Source of the DNA: an uncultured Verrucomicrobiae bacterium
GTDB lineage: Bacteria; Verrucomicrobiota; Verrucomicrobiia; Limisphaerales; UBA11358
Length of the DNA: 64,000 bases
Direction of reading: 5' to 3'
NCBI GenBank assembly: GCA_963842445.1
Contig: CAWJHF010000002.1
Coordinates: forward strand, 173,858 to 237,857
Each line of letters begins with the position of its first letter. The stretch's first letter is position 1. A model generated the notes under the pieces. It was not told the DNA's origin. It ran no database searches and was given only the letters and a program-made list of their open reading frames with translations. Of the stretch, positions 1 to 8,830 are shown one piece after another. Position numbers and translations under genes: made by a program.

Positions 1-2
1 AA

Positions 3-314
3 CTAACATTTGATGAATTTGCGAAACTTGAGACGCCCGCCCGGATTGAAATTGACCCAAGGGCGGCCCCGCTGAATTGGCGAGCTTGGCGCAAATTGTC
101 AGGCGTAAAGGCAAGAATTGCGCGGAGTTTGGAAGAAGTCGCTTTGCGTCAAGATGCGAACATTGCGGATTGGCGAATGAGCTTTGAACCAGTGAGGGTT
201 AAGGATGGACACTGGCTCGCTATCGAGCTTTTTGTGCAGGGTAAATGGCGAGACTTTGAGGAAGTTTACGGAAGAACCGCCCGGCCATCAGGCTCAAAGT
301 TGTGTGGGACTTAG
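3..314 (+). CDS. 3' end of a CDS entering from the left window edge; hypothetical protein
   Basis: The frame is open from nt 3 to the TAG at 312-314. The track ORF 96..314 begins at an internal TTG. No motif recognised. Confidence 0.35.
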   Translation, partial: LTFDEFAKLETPARIEIDPRAAPLNWRAWRKLSGVKARIARSLEEVALRQDANIADWRMSFEPVRVKDGHWLAIELFVQGKWRDFEEVYGRTARPSGSKLCGT

Positions 315-338
315 AACGTTTCAGCCTGGCGCAAATTT

Positions 339-406
339 GCAGTGGGAATCCACATCCGCCATCAGCCGGTCCCAGTTCAGGTTCAAATCCACGTTGCGGG
401 CGTTCG
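339..406. repeat. Left copy of a 68-nt imperfect inverted repeat (partner at 36486..36554)
   Basis: 339-406 compared with the reverse complement of 36486-36554 shows 4 substitutions and 1 single-nt indel. The identical core is 44 nt: ccacatccgccatcagccggtcccagttcaggttcaaatccacg. The repeat is also visible as shared peptides (RGFEPELGPADGGCGFPL, SAISRSQFRFKS) in opposite-strand track ORFs 220..696(-) and 36200..37093(+). Confidence 0.9.
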
Positions 407-457
407 TCTGGTAGATGAAGACCTTGACCGCCCGGTGCCCACCAAATCAAAGCAGCC

Positions 458-742
458 ATGAAGCGAAGCAAAAAACATAAGAGAATCAACGAACAAGACT
501 TTTCACCAAACGTCTTCTTCGGCCCGGCCACGGATGAACAAATACGCGCCGCTGACGTAGCTATCGGTTGCCCAGAGTCGGGCGGCCCCAAAATACTGTT
601 TGGTGAACACCACTTAGAACGTATCGTGCGGCGGAATACTCCGGAAAAACTGATGATGTTGGTTATCCCGGTCCGCGATGAAACAGAAATGGCCAACCTC
701 GTCGCTAGAATTTCACAAATTAAGGATGCTCAGGCCAACTGA
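458..742 (+). CDS. hypothetical protein (94 aa, basic N-terminus)
   Basis: ATG-initiated ORF in the same direction as the downstream genes. No motif recognised. Confidence 0.4.
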   Translation: MKRSKKHKRINEQDFSPNVFFGPATDEQIRAADVAIGCPESGGPKILFGEHHLERIVRRNTPEKLMMLVIPVRDETEMANLVARISQIKDAQAN

Positions 743-746
743 AGTT

Positions 747-896
747 ATGGATGCTCTGGTCGGCAGAATGAAGCGTGAGCGGCAGAAATCTCGATACGTT
801 CGGGTTTACCATGACCACATCGAGGACGAGTTCGACGACGATGGCAATGAATACCACGATGGCAGCTTCATGGAGAATGACGACGACGGAGCATGA
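747..896 (+). CDS. hypothetical small acidic protein (49 aa)
   Basis: ATG at 747 in the frame of track ORF 678..896, with an acidic tail DEFDDDGNEYHDGSFMENDDDGA. Support is weak. Confidence 0.2.
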   Translation: MDALVGRMKRERQKSRYVRVYHDHIEDEFDDDGNEYHDGSFMENDDDGA

Positions 897-960
897 AAAC
901 AAATCACGGATTGCGGGTCGTTTACGCCATGGCACGACTGGCGGGCGTGACTGTAAACTT

Positions 961-2769
961 ATGTTGTTAATGGTCATTGAAGGGGCGGGACGCCGCAAAC
1001 AGGATAGACCTGGATTAACCCAATACCGCCGTGTCCACAGAGTCCTGGCATCTGACGCGGCCCTGAGCAGAAAGTTTGGACCCCTTGTCCTGGTTGAGCG
1101 CGACGGCGTGTCGGCCCAGTTCCCGAAGGCTGTTGTCGAACTGACCGAAGCCATTCATGCCGAAGGACTGAACATTTACAAACTAAACAAGCGGGACATA
1201 ATGAGGCGGGCCGCGCAAATGCTGATCCTCTCACCGGCAGCGCCTATTTCCAAAGAATCCGAGAGCGCAACAAACCAAAGCCAGAAACCCAAGGCCGCTG
1301 CGCCAAATGTGAGAGAAAGCAAAACGGTGAGTTCAGCACCCGCAGCCCCCAAAATCAGCAACTTTGCTGGATCGGCAGGCAAGCTAAAAACAGGCAGTAC
1401 TGCCGCCCCGCAGACGGACCGTAGCGGGGATGTCAAATTTGTCGAAAATTCCACCGGCGCGGCTGGTTCGACAACTTCGACAACTTCGACAGGGGGTCAC
1501 ACCCTGGAAATGGCCATCATTCCTGCCGACTCGCTGCTGGAAGATTACCGTCATTTTGCCCGTGACCAGTTGGAGAGCGCCGACAGTTACATCATCGGCT
1601 CGTTTCTGCCGGTCGTGGCGGCGTGCCTTGGCCGCCGGGTTCACTTCCCGTGGGCCAGCGAGCGGATATACCCGAACCTCTTTTCCATTCTGGCTGGCAA
1701 GTCCGGCGACCGAAAGTCCACGGCTATAAACCTAGCCGAGGCCGTTGCAACAGCACTGCTCAAACCTGAAAATTTTCTCCCGCACGATTGCAGCGTGGAG
1801 TCGCTGTTCGATGAATACGACCCCGGCTTCGGAGGCTCACCCGACAAACTCTTGATGGTGGACGATGCCAACAGCCTCCTCGGCACGTGGACCAAAAGCG
1901 GGTATGGCGAGCGCGTGTCACGACGGTTTCTGGACCTCTACGACTGCCAGCATCTCTCGGAGTCATTCCAGAAAAACAAGAAGGCCAGCGCGGATGGAAC
2001 CGGACGCCGGTTCATTCCTGAAACATCGACGAGCGTCGTTTTGGGGGCCACTTTCGACATCTGCCGGTTGCGGGGGCGGCAAATCAGTTCCGGCCTGCAA
2101 CGCCGCTTCCTGTTCTACGCCGCCGAGCGCCACGGGCGGTTCATTGCCAGTCCGCCGCCGGGCGACATGGCGCAGTTTAATGGCCTCGTGAAGGCGCTGA
2201 ACAGGCTCGCTGAACTGAAGGCCGAGTGCGCGTTCTCGGATCAGGCGGGCGTTCTGTGGGAGGCGTATCAACGGCAAAACCGGGAGCTGCTGAAAATCGA
2301 AGCAGACGAGGGCCGCCTGTCACGAATCAACGGCGCTCCCCGCCATGTGCAAAAAATCGCCATGCTCTTTGAGGCGGCCATCTGGGCGAGGCAGGACCGC
2401 CCGGCTTGGGACGGGGTCGTCCAGGCCACCACATTGCAGTTGGCCATCAACCATGTGACCCACTGCCTTGAAACCGCTGCGCGGCTGGACGCTTTGGCTG
2501 ACAAGGCGGAAATCACCACGGCGGCTGACGTGTTGTTGGCGAAAATCAGGCGTGATTTCAGGCTGCCGCAGCACCTTCGAGACGGGCGGATTTGGCTCAC
2601 CAAAACCGATTTGACCGCAAAGTATGCGCCGCATCCTGATCGTCCCCATTCCTGGAAACCAGATGACCTTTACTTGCGCCTAATACCCAATCTCATTGAG
2701 CACGGTCTGGCCCGCTTGGGCGAGCAGCAGGGCAAAAAAGTCTGGTACGGATTCGCGGTTGAGGACTGA
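961..2769 (+). CDS. P-loop NTPase, DUF3987-like (primase-associated helicase family of mobile elements)
   Basis: Degenerate Walker A LAGKSGDRKST and Walker B KLLMVDDANSL. The overall layout matches my recollection of DUF3987/YfjI-type proteins. The start is uncertain: the track ORF starts with GTG at 775, and I chose the ATG at 961 because the upstream part is low-complexity and overlaps 747..896. Confidence 0.5.
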   Translation: MLLMVIEGAGRRKQDRPGLTQYRRVHRVLASDAALSRKFGPLVLVERDGVSAQFPKAVVELTEAIHAEGLNIYKLNKRDIMRRAAQMLILSPAAPISKESESATNQSQKPKAAAPNVRESKTVSSAPAAPKISNFAGSAGKLKTGSTAAPQTDRSGDVKFVENSTGAAGSTTSTTSTGGHTLEMAIIPADSLLEDYRHFARDQLESADSYIIGSFLPVVAACLGRRVHFPWASERIYPNLFSILAGKSGDRKSTAINLAEAVATALLKPENFLPHDCSVESLFDEYDPGFGGSPDKLLMVDDANSLLGTWTKSGYGERVSRRFLDLYDCQHLSESFQKNKKASADGTGRRFIPETSTSVVLGATFDICRLRGRQISSGLQRRFLFYAAERHGRFIASPPPGDMAQFNGLVKALNRLAELKAECAFSDQAGVLWEAYQRQNRELLKIEADEGRLSRINGAPRHVQKIAMLFEAAIWARQDRPAWDGVVQATTLQLAINHVTHCLETAARLDALADKAEITTAADVLLAKIRRDFRLPQHLRDGRIWLTKTDLTAKYAPHPDRPHSWKPDDLYLRLIPNLIEHGLARLGEQQGKKVWYGFAVED

Positions 2770-2833
2770 AACCCTGTCGCTGAGCACGTATCACGACGAG
2801 CCGTGGCGGCTCCCGACAATGAGTTGACTTTAC

Positions 2834-3559
2834 ATGCCGTTTTGGTCTGCTGGCAATGTGATTTGGGTCTTCCTAACATTGGCACTTCTGGTGACCACAC
2901 TGATAGCAATTCTGGTCGCCTATGTGAGCGGTCATACCGAGGATGCGAAGTTCTTTGTCCAAGCATTTTCAGGAACAGGCGTAATCTTGGCCGTCCTAAC
3001 TGCGCTCTACCGTGACGCCATTACCAATCTTGTTGACAGAATCCAGCTTCATCTCGAATTGCCGGAGCAACCGGACAATTTCCACAATCTTAAATCCACG
3101 CCCGCTGGTGCCGTAAGGGTCTTATGCCATCACCTGCGAGTCGTAAACGAAAAACCGCATCGTCCGGTGCGTAACTGCCGGGTCTGGCTTGTCCGCATTT
3201 TCGATGAGGTTGCGGAGGGCAAATTTGAGGAGCGGTTCAAATTTGCGGTTCCCAGGTTAATGCCATGGGCACCCAATGAGTTTTCGCCAGAAGTCAGGAG
3301 CTTCGCTGAAGACCAAGTTTTCGACTTCGGCCAGTCTGTGGTTGATTTTGGCAGGTTCGAGGTTACCTACCATGAAAGGCAACGGGGTGTTTTTAAGGGC
3401 GACTGTGAAGTCGGAAAGACCCGGAGATACGTCTTCAAAATAGCCGCCGACAATTATGTGAGGTCAGAATCGTTCACCGTTGAGGTGAGGGTAAGCAAGG
3501 TTGAACCCACGGATGATTGGCCCTATAAGATGAAGGCCGATGTAAAAATTTTTTCGTGA
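2834..3559 (+). CDS. hypothetical membrane-anchored protein
   Basis: Two N-terminal hydrophobic helices (VIWVFLTLALLVTTLIAILVAYV, GTGVILAVLTALY). No catalytic motif. Confidence 0.5.
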   Translation: MPFWSAGNVIWVFLTLALLVTTLIAILVAYVSGHTEDAKFFVQAFSGTGVILAVLTALYRDAITNLVDRIQLHLELPEQPDNFHNLKSTPAGAVRVLCHHLRVVNEKPHRPVRNCRVWLVRIFDEVAEGKFEERFKFAVPRLMPWAPNEFSPEVRSFAEDQVFDFGQSVVDFGRFEVTYHERQRGVFKGDCEVGKTRRYVFKIAADNYVRSESFTVEVRVSKVEPTDDWPYKMKADVKIFS

Positions 3560-3588
3560 CCAGCGAGGAACCGGGACGGACATGCAGA

Positions 3589-3616
3589 TGTCGTCCACAA
3601 TTGGTTGTGGACGACA
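3589..3616. terminator. Perfect 12-bp stem / 4-nt loop hairpin between convergent ORFs
   Basis: tgtcgtccacaa-ttgg-ttgtggacgaca, 30 nt after the stop of 2834..3559. There is no U-tract on either strand, so the terminator role is inferred only. Confidence 0.4.
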
Positions 3617-3644
3617 GCAGCCCACTCGGTAGCCGGAATGTTTG

Positions 3645-3914
3645 TCAGAACTCAATTCCCGGCTCAGAGTCAGGGTCCTCGGCCCAAATTTTCGCCTTTA
3701 GCGTGGGCGTGAGCAGCTTCGTTGGCTCATGGTTCGGTCGGTTCAAGTACTGGACCCATACGGGCGGGATGTTCGGGTCAGCCCGGAAGCTCCAGTTGTC
3801 CCACTTGAAGAAGCGATGAACCCAAAACGTGTGGTATTGGCCGTTCACACTCAGACCTTGGCGGAACGACGTATGTCGCCGCATGTGTGGAATTACACGG
3901 CACCGCATCCGCAT
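3645..3914 (-). CDS. hypothetical protein (89 aa), possibly a gene remnant
   Basis: The ORF converges on the 3589-3616 hairpin. No motif recognised. Confidence 0.2.
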   Translation of the reverse strand: MRMRCRVIPHMRRHTSFRQGLSVNGQYHTFWVHRFFKWDNWSFRADPNIPPVWVQYLNRPNHEPTKLLTPTLKAKIWAEDPDSEPGIEF

Positions 3915-4077
3915 CCGAACCCCATTGCCAAAAACTCAAAAAACCTGTCAAGGGATTTATTTTCGATCCGCACTGGCAACGACTTGCACCGGTGGCATCA
4001 GGCCAAAACGCCACTTTTGAAAACTGCCTGTGATAAAATAGTGGATGATCAATTGGCATCAAACGAAGAAAGGCAAA

Positions 4078-5526
4078 ATGAAAAACTGGTTTGAAGTGGA
4101 CAAACAGGGACTGGCGAAAATCCTCGAACGGAAGGGCAAGGAATTCGTCGTGTTCGAGCTGATTCAGAATTCATGGGACGAGCCGGGCGTTACCCAAGTC
4201 GGTGTGTCGCTGGAATACGAAGGGCGGAACAAAGCCCGGCTCGTGGTCGAGGACGACGCCCCGGAAGGATTCAAAGACCTGGCCCATGCGTTCACGCTGT
4301 TTGCGGACTCGGCCAAGAAAGCCAATCCCGAACAGCGCGGGCGGTTCAACCTTGGCGAGAAGCTGGTGCTGGCTATCAGCGACGAAGTCACCATCCGCAC
4401 GACCAAAGGAACCATCCGCTTCGATGCCGAGGGCAGGCATCATCTGCGATCAAAGCAGGCGGTCGGCAGCCGGGTCGAATGTCTCCTGCGCCTGAAGGCG
4501 GACGAGTGCGCCGCCATCGAAGCGCAAGTCCGCAGGCTGATCCCGCCGCCACACATCACAACCATCTTCAACGGTGCCGCACTGCAATCGCAGCGGGTTG
4601 CCGACGAATTCAGGGCAACGCTGCCAACCGAGATCGCCGGTGCAGACGGGTTTCTGGCGCGGGCCGACCGCGAAACGACCGTCCGGCTCTTTGCCGTCGC
4701 GCCGGGCCAAACCGCCATGCTTTACGAACTGGGCATTCCGGTGGTGGAGACCGGCGACAAATGGCACTACGACATCGGGCAGAAAGTCCCACTGACACTC
4801 GACCGTGAGAACGTGCAGCCCAGTTTTCTTCGGCAGGTGCGTGTCGCCGTCTTCAACCGGATGCACGCCCAACTGTCGGCAGAGGATGTGAACAGTGGAT
4901 GGGTGGAAACGGCCATTGCTTCACCGGACTGCGCACTTGAAGCAGCGCAAAACTACGTCCGCCAACGTTTCGGAGAAAAACGGGTGAGCTTCGACCCATC
5001 CGACCCGGAGGCCAACAAACTTGCCGTCAGTCAGGGTTACACGGTCGTACATGGTTCGATGATGTCATCGGGCGCATGGAAAAACGCCAAAGCCGCCAGC
5101 GCCATCCAGCCTGCGGGTCAGGTCACACCCGGCCCGAAAGTCTGGACAGGCGAAGATGATCCCGATGCCGCGCTGTTCCATGACTGGATTCCCGAAGCAA
5201 AGTGGACGAACGGGATGCGCGAGATTGCGGATTTCGCCAAGTGCGTTGCCCAGAAAGTGCTGACGCGCCCGATCACGGTGAAGTTCTGCGCGACGCCGCA
5301 TCATCTGGGCGGCGCATCCTACGGCCCAAGCGGGGAACTGGTCTTCAACAAATTCCGGTTGGGCGCTGACTGGTTTGAGCGCGGGATCAACGAAGACGTG
5401 GTGCGGCTGCTCATCCACGAGTTCGGGCACCAGTGCAGCGCCGATCACCTGAGTTCTGAGTACCACGAAGCCCTGTGCCGGATCGGAGCAAAACTGTTCG
5501 CCTTGGCCCGGCGCGGTGAAGTGTGA
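4078..5526 (+). CDS. GHKL-type ATPase domain fused to a C-terminal HExxH (zincin-like) region
   Basis: N-box-like ELIQNSWDE, G1-like VEDDAPEGF and G2-like RGRFNLGEK in the first ~120 aa. C-terminal LLIHEFGHQ provides the HExxH motif. The ATG at 4078 is preceded by gaaagg; the track ORF starts at 4045. Confidence 0.6.
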   Translation: MKNWFEVDKQGLAKILERKGKEFVVFELIQNSWDEPGVTQVGVSLEYEGRNKARLVVEDDAPEGFKDLAHAFTLFADSAKKANPEQRGRFNLGEKLVLAISDEVTIRTTKGTIRFDAEGRHHLRSKQAVGSRVECLLRLKADECAAIEAQVRRLIPPPHITTIFNGAALQSQRVADEFRATLPTEIAGADGFLARADRETTVRLFAVAPGQTAMLYELGIPVVETGDKWHYDIGQKVPLTLDRENVQPSFLRQVRVAVFNRMHAQLSAEDVNSGWVETAIASPDCALEAAQNYVRQRFGEKRVSFDPSDPEANKLAVSQGYTVVHGSMMSSGAWKNAKAASAIQPAGQVTPGPKVWTGEDDPDAALFHDWIPEAKWTNGMREIADFAKCVAQKVLTRPITVKFCATPHHLGGASYGPSGELVFNKFRLGADWFERGINEDVVRLLIHEFGHQCSADHLSSEYHEALCRIGAKLFALARRGEV

Positions 5527-5538
5527 TAAACGAGACAG

Positions 5539-6084
5539 GTGACTGTTTCAAAGTCCAATCCAGTAGTGGAAAGAGACCTGATTTTTTACCAGTTCAGCCG
5601 CTTCAAAGTGGAACGCAGCGACTTCAGCCATTTCTTGGGCCTGTATGCGCCGGACATACTACCCACCGGCAGGCGGCAGCGGGAAATGATGGACAGCCTG
5701 ATGTTCGGCATCGAAGGTTGGGACAACGATCCTCGTGAAATCCACACGATCCCCGAAATCCTGCGGTTCTATTCAGCGTTCCATGACGCTTGGCCATACT
5801 GGCTCTACTTCTGCAACCTTGATGTGGATACGCTCAGGGCGATGACGATGTGCTGCCTGCCCTCAACCAACACGATGCAGGTGGACGGGCGAATACCGGT
5901 GGCAGTCACCTGCGATCCGCCCGACCTGTTGAATTTTCTCAAACGTGATTTCATGCCGATGGACCTGATGTGTGAACGGGCCGGGATTTTTGAAGAACGG
6001 ATTTACGACCGGACGAAGGCGGTGTTTGATTACTTCAACCTGCCCTTTCAGGCTGAACCGCTACCGGAGAAACGCCTTGCATGA
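5539..6084 (+). CDS. conserved hypothetical protein, paralogue A (about 60% identical by eye to 39574..40080)
   Basis: GTG start 12 nt after the upstream stop. Shared blocks with the paralogue include IFYQFSR.KVER.DFS.FLGLYAPD.LPTG, HTIPEI, AWPYWLY.CNLD and MCCLPS. Confidence 0.6.
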   Translation: MTVSKSNPVVERDLIFYQFSRFKVERSDFSHFLGLYAPDILPTGRRQREMMDSLMFGIEGWDNDPREIHTIPEILRFYSAFHDAWPYWLYFCNLDVDTLRAMTMCCLPSTNTMQVDGRIPVAVTCDPPDLLNFLKRDFMPMDLMCERAGIFEERIYDRTKAVFDYFNLPFQAEPLPEKRLA

Positions 6085-6446
6085 ATCGCCGCACGCTCAA
6101 GAGGCTTCGCACCAAGCGGCAGCCGCAACCGCATCACCATGTCTATGTCGTGCTGCTCGATCCGGCAGTTCGCAGAATGCGGAAGGTCCGTGCGGAAAAT
6201 CCCAAGCGCAATCCCAGGAAGCCCTGCGTGTATGTCGGCATGACCGGACTGACGCCGGAGGAACGTTTTGCAAATCACAAAAGCGGAATCAAAGCTGCTT
6301 CTCTGGTCAAACGCTACGGCATCCGCCTGCTGCCGGAACTCTACGCGCACCTGAACCCCATGCCGTTCGAGGCGGCGGTGCAGATGGAGAAGGATTTGGC
6401 GGAGGATTTGCGCCGGGCCGGGTTCACGGTCATGGGTGGGCATTAG
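6081..6446 (+). CDS. GIY-YIG-superfamily-like small protein
   Basis: ATGA start/stop overlap with 5539..6084. Sequence HVYVVLL...CVYVGMTGLTPEERFANHKSG resembles GIY...YIG...R...H, but with an unusually long spacer. Confidence 0.4.
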   Translation: MNRRTLKRLRTKRQPQPHHHVYVVLLDPAVRRMRKVRAENPKRNPRKPCVYVGMTGLTPEERFANHKSGIKAASLVKRYGIRLLPELYAHLNPMPFEAAVQMEKDLAEDLRRAGFTVMGGH

Positions 6447-8643
6447 CCGTTGCCAGCAACCGCGCCAGCAGCCCTGAAAACCGGTTTTCCGTCCGGTTGT
6501 TCTTCACCGCCATCGCCAGCGCCTTGCGCTGGCCGATGAGCACCACCAGTTTCTTTCCCCGCGTGATACCGGTGTAAACGAGATTGCGCTGCAACAGCAG
6601 GTACTGCTGCATCGCCAGGGGGATGACGACCGCCGGAAATTCCGATCCCTGCGATTTGTGGATGGTGATGGCGTAAGCCAGTGAAATCTCGTCCAGCTCG
6701 CCGTAGTCGTAAACGACCTCGCGCTGGTCGAAGCGGATGGTGACCTCCCGCTCGACGGAATCAATCTTGACGATCTGGCCGATGTCGCCGTTGAACACGT
6801 CCTTGTCGTAGTCGTTTTCAGTTTGGATCACCTTGTCCCGTGGCCGGAACTGCCAGCCGAACTTTTCCACGGACGGCTCGTCGGCGCGGGCCGGGTTGAG
6901 TTCCTGCTGGAGCCGCACGTTGAGTTCACGGATGCCCAGTGAACCTTTGTTCATCGGGCAGAGCACCTGTATGTCGCCGATGGGATCGAGCCGGAATCTG
7001 GCCGGGATGCGGGTCTTGACCATTTCCACGAGCGTCGAGGCGATCTGATCCGGCTCATTGCGCTCTATGAAGAAGAAATCCGACTCTCTACCTTTGGCTG
7101 GAACCTCTGGCATCTGACCTTCGTTGATCCGGTGCGCGTTGGTGATGATCCGGCTGTGCGCCGCCTGCCGGAAGACTTCAGTTAGGCGCACCACCGGCAC
7201 GACTTTGCTTTCGATCACATGCCGCAGCACCATGCCCGGCCCCACGGACGGCAACTGGTCGATGTCGCCCACCAAGAGCAGGCTGGCCTTCGATGGCAGG
7301 GCGCGGAGCAGGTGTGCCATGAGCACCACGTCCACCATCGAGGTTTCGTCCACGACCAGAAGGTCGCAGTCCAATGGCTTGGCTTCGTTCCGCGTGAAAC
7401 TGCCAGTGGCAGGCTGGACTTCGAGCAGGCGGTGGATGGTCTTGGCCTCGACGCCGGTCGCCTCGGACAGGCGCTTGGCGGCCCTGCCGGTGGGCGCACA
7501 CAGGAGGCAGCGCACTTTCTTGGCCCGGAGGATCAGCAGAATTGCGTTGACCAGGGTCGTCTTGCCCACACCGGGGCCGCCGGTGATGACCAGCGCCCGG
7601 CTCGTCAGGGCCAGCTTGAGCGCCTCGCGCTGGCTGGCCGCAAGCTCCTTGCCGGTCTTTTCCTGACACCAGACGACCGCCTTGTCGAAATCAATGGCCG
7701 GGAAGGCGGACGGCGAGCCGCAGAGGCTCCTGATCCGGCCCGCGATGATTTCCTCGGCCCGTTTCAGGTGCGGCAGGAAGATCAGTTCCTGCCCGTTGAT
7801 CGTTTCCTTGACCAGATCGTTGCTGGCCAGGGTGCGCTCCAGCGCCCCGGTCACGATCTTGTCGTCCACAAGCAGGAGCTTGCCCGCCTCGTCCTTGAGC
7901 AGTTCCACCGGCAGGGCACAGTGTCCGTCGCCGGTCGCCTCGATCAGGACATGGCTCAGCCCGGCGCAGGCCCGGAGCAGGGAATCCACCGGGATGCCGA
8001 TCTTCTGCGCAATCTGGTCGGCGGTTTTGAAACCGATGCCGTGAATGTCCTTGGCCAGCCGGTAGGGGTCGCTGCGCACCTTCTCGATGGCGTCCTCGCC
8101 GTAGGTCTTGTAGATGCGCACGGCCCGGCTGGTGCTCACGCCGTGGCTATGCAGGAACACCATGATCTGGCGGATGACCTTCTGCTCCGCCCAGGCGTCC
8201 TTGATCCTGTGCCTGCGCTTCGGCCCGATCCCGTCCACTTCCTCCAGCCGCGCCGAATGATTCTCGATGATGTCGAAGATGCTCTCACCAAACTTCGCCA
8301 CCAGCTTCTTGGCATACACCGGCCCGATGCCCTTGACCATGCCGCTGCCCAGATATTTTTCGATGCCTTCCCTGGTCGTCGGCGCGGTGCTGCTCAGCAT
8401 CTCGGCCCGGAACTGAAGGCCAAACTCCCGATCCTGCACCCATCGGCCTTCCGCCGTCATCCATTCACCGGCGCTGACCGAGGGCAGGGAGCCGACGACC
8501 GTAACCTGATCCCGGTGGCTCTTGGCTTTGACCTTGAGCACCGCGAAGCCGTTTTCCTCATTGAAGAAAGTGACGCGCTCGATCAGCCCGGAAAGACTTT
8601 CGGCGAACTGCTTGGACGGAGGATGTGCTTTCACCGGCATCAT
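6430..8643 (-). CDS. recD2: RecD2-type SF1B ATP-dependent DNA helicase
   Basis: Motifs ITGGPGVGKTT, LLVVDETSMVD, LLLVGDIDQLPSVGPG, AITIHKSQGSEFP and VYTGITRGKKLVVLIG. ATG at 8643; the track start at 8670 is TTG. Confidence 0.9.
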   Translation of the reverse strand: MMPVKAHPPSKQFAESLSGLIERVTFFNEENGFAVLKVKAKSHRDQVTVVGSLPSVSAGEWMTAEGRWVQDREFGLQFRAEMLSSTAPTTREGIEKYLGSGMVKGIGPVYAKKLVAKFGESIFDIIENHSARLEEVDGIGPKRRHRIKDAWAEQKVIRQIMVFLHSHGVSTSRAVRIYKTYGEDAIEKVRSDPYRLAKDIHGIGFKTADQIAQKIGIPVDSLLRACAGLSHVLIEATGDGHCALPVELLKDEAGKLLLVDDKIVTGALERTLASNDLVKETINGQELIFLPHLKRAEEIIAGRIRSLCGSPSAFPAIDFDKAVVWCQEKTGKELAASQREALKLALTSRALVITGGPGVGKTTLVNAILLILRAKKVRCLLCAPTGRAAKRLSEATGVEAKTIHRLLEVQPATGSFTRNEAKPLDCDLLVVDETSMVDVVLMAHLLRALPSKASLLLVGDIDQLPSVGPGMVLRHVIESKVVPVVRLTEVFRQAAHSRIITNAHRINEGQMPEVPAKGRESDFFFIERNEPDQIASTLVEMVKTRIPARFRLDPIGDIQVLCPMNKGSLGIRELNVRLQQELNPARADEPSVEKFGWQFRPRDKVIQTENDYDKDVFNGDIGQIVKIDSVEREVTIRFDQREVVYDYGELDEISLAYAITIHKSQGSEFPAVVIPLAMQQYLLLQRNLVYTGITRGKKLVVLIGQRKALAMAVKNNRTENRFSGLLARLLATANAHP

Positions 8644-8830
8644 GGTGCGGGCCAACCGTAGAACAGGCAAGCGTCGGGCGGGTCCGACAGAAAACGGACG
8701 CAGACGGGATGAGACTGATGGCGCTGGCCGACGCCGATTTGGAACCGATGCGGAAAGAAATCGCGCAGATGAGAGCGCGAAAGAAGAAAAGGCGCGTCGC
8801 GTGACGTTGCTGCTGCAATAGAGATAAATT

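Noticed and set aside
371-395. GGTTCAAATCC inside the inverted repeat looks like a tRNA T-loop, which would suggest a tRNA-derived att site.
   Set aside because: The flanking pentamers (tcagg / ccacg) form only 2-3 base pairs, and no acceptor, D or anticodon arms can be drawn in either copy. The two copies are inverted rather than direct, so this is not a classical tRNA attL/attR pair.
775-960. GTG-initiated extension of the DUF3987-like ORF.
   Set aside because: It is a Thr/Met-rich low-complexity translation overlapping 747..896. The true start remains uncertain.
7219-8661. A 480-aa ORF on the + strand, plus several 100-180-aa ORFs, antisense to recD2.
   Set aside because: This is a shadow ORF in a GC-rich gene. 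Its composition is Arg/Gly/Ala/Pro-rich and low-complexity, while the minus-strand product has complete RecD2 motifs.
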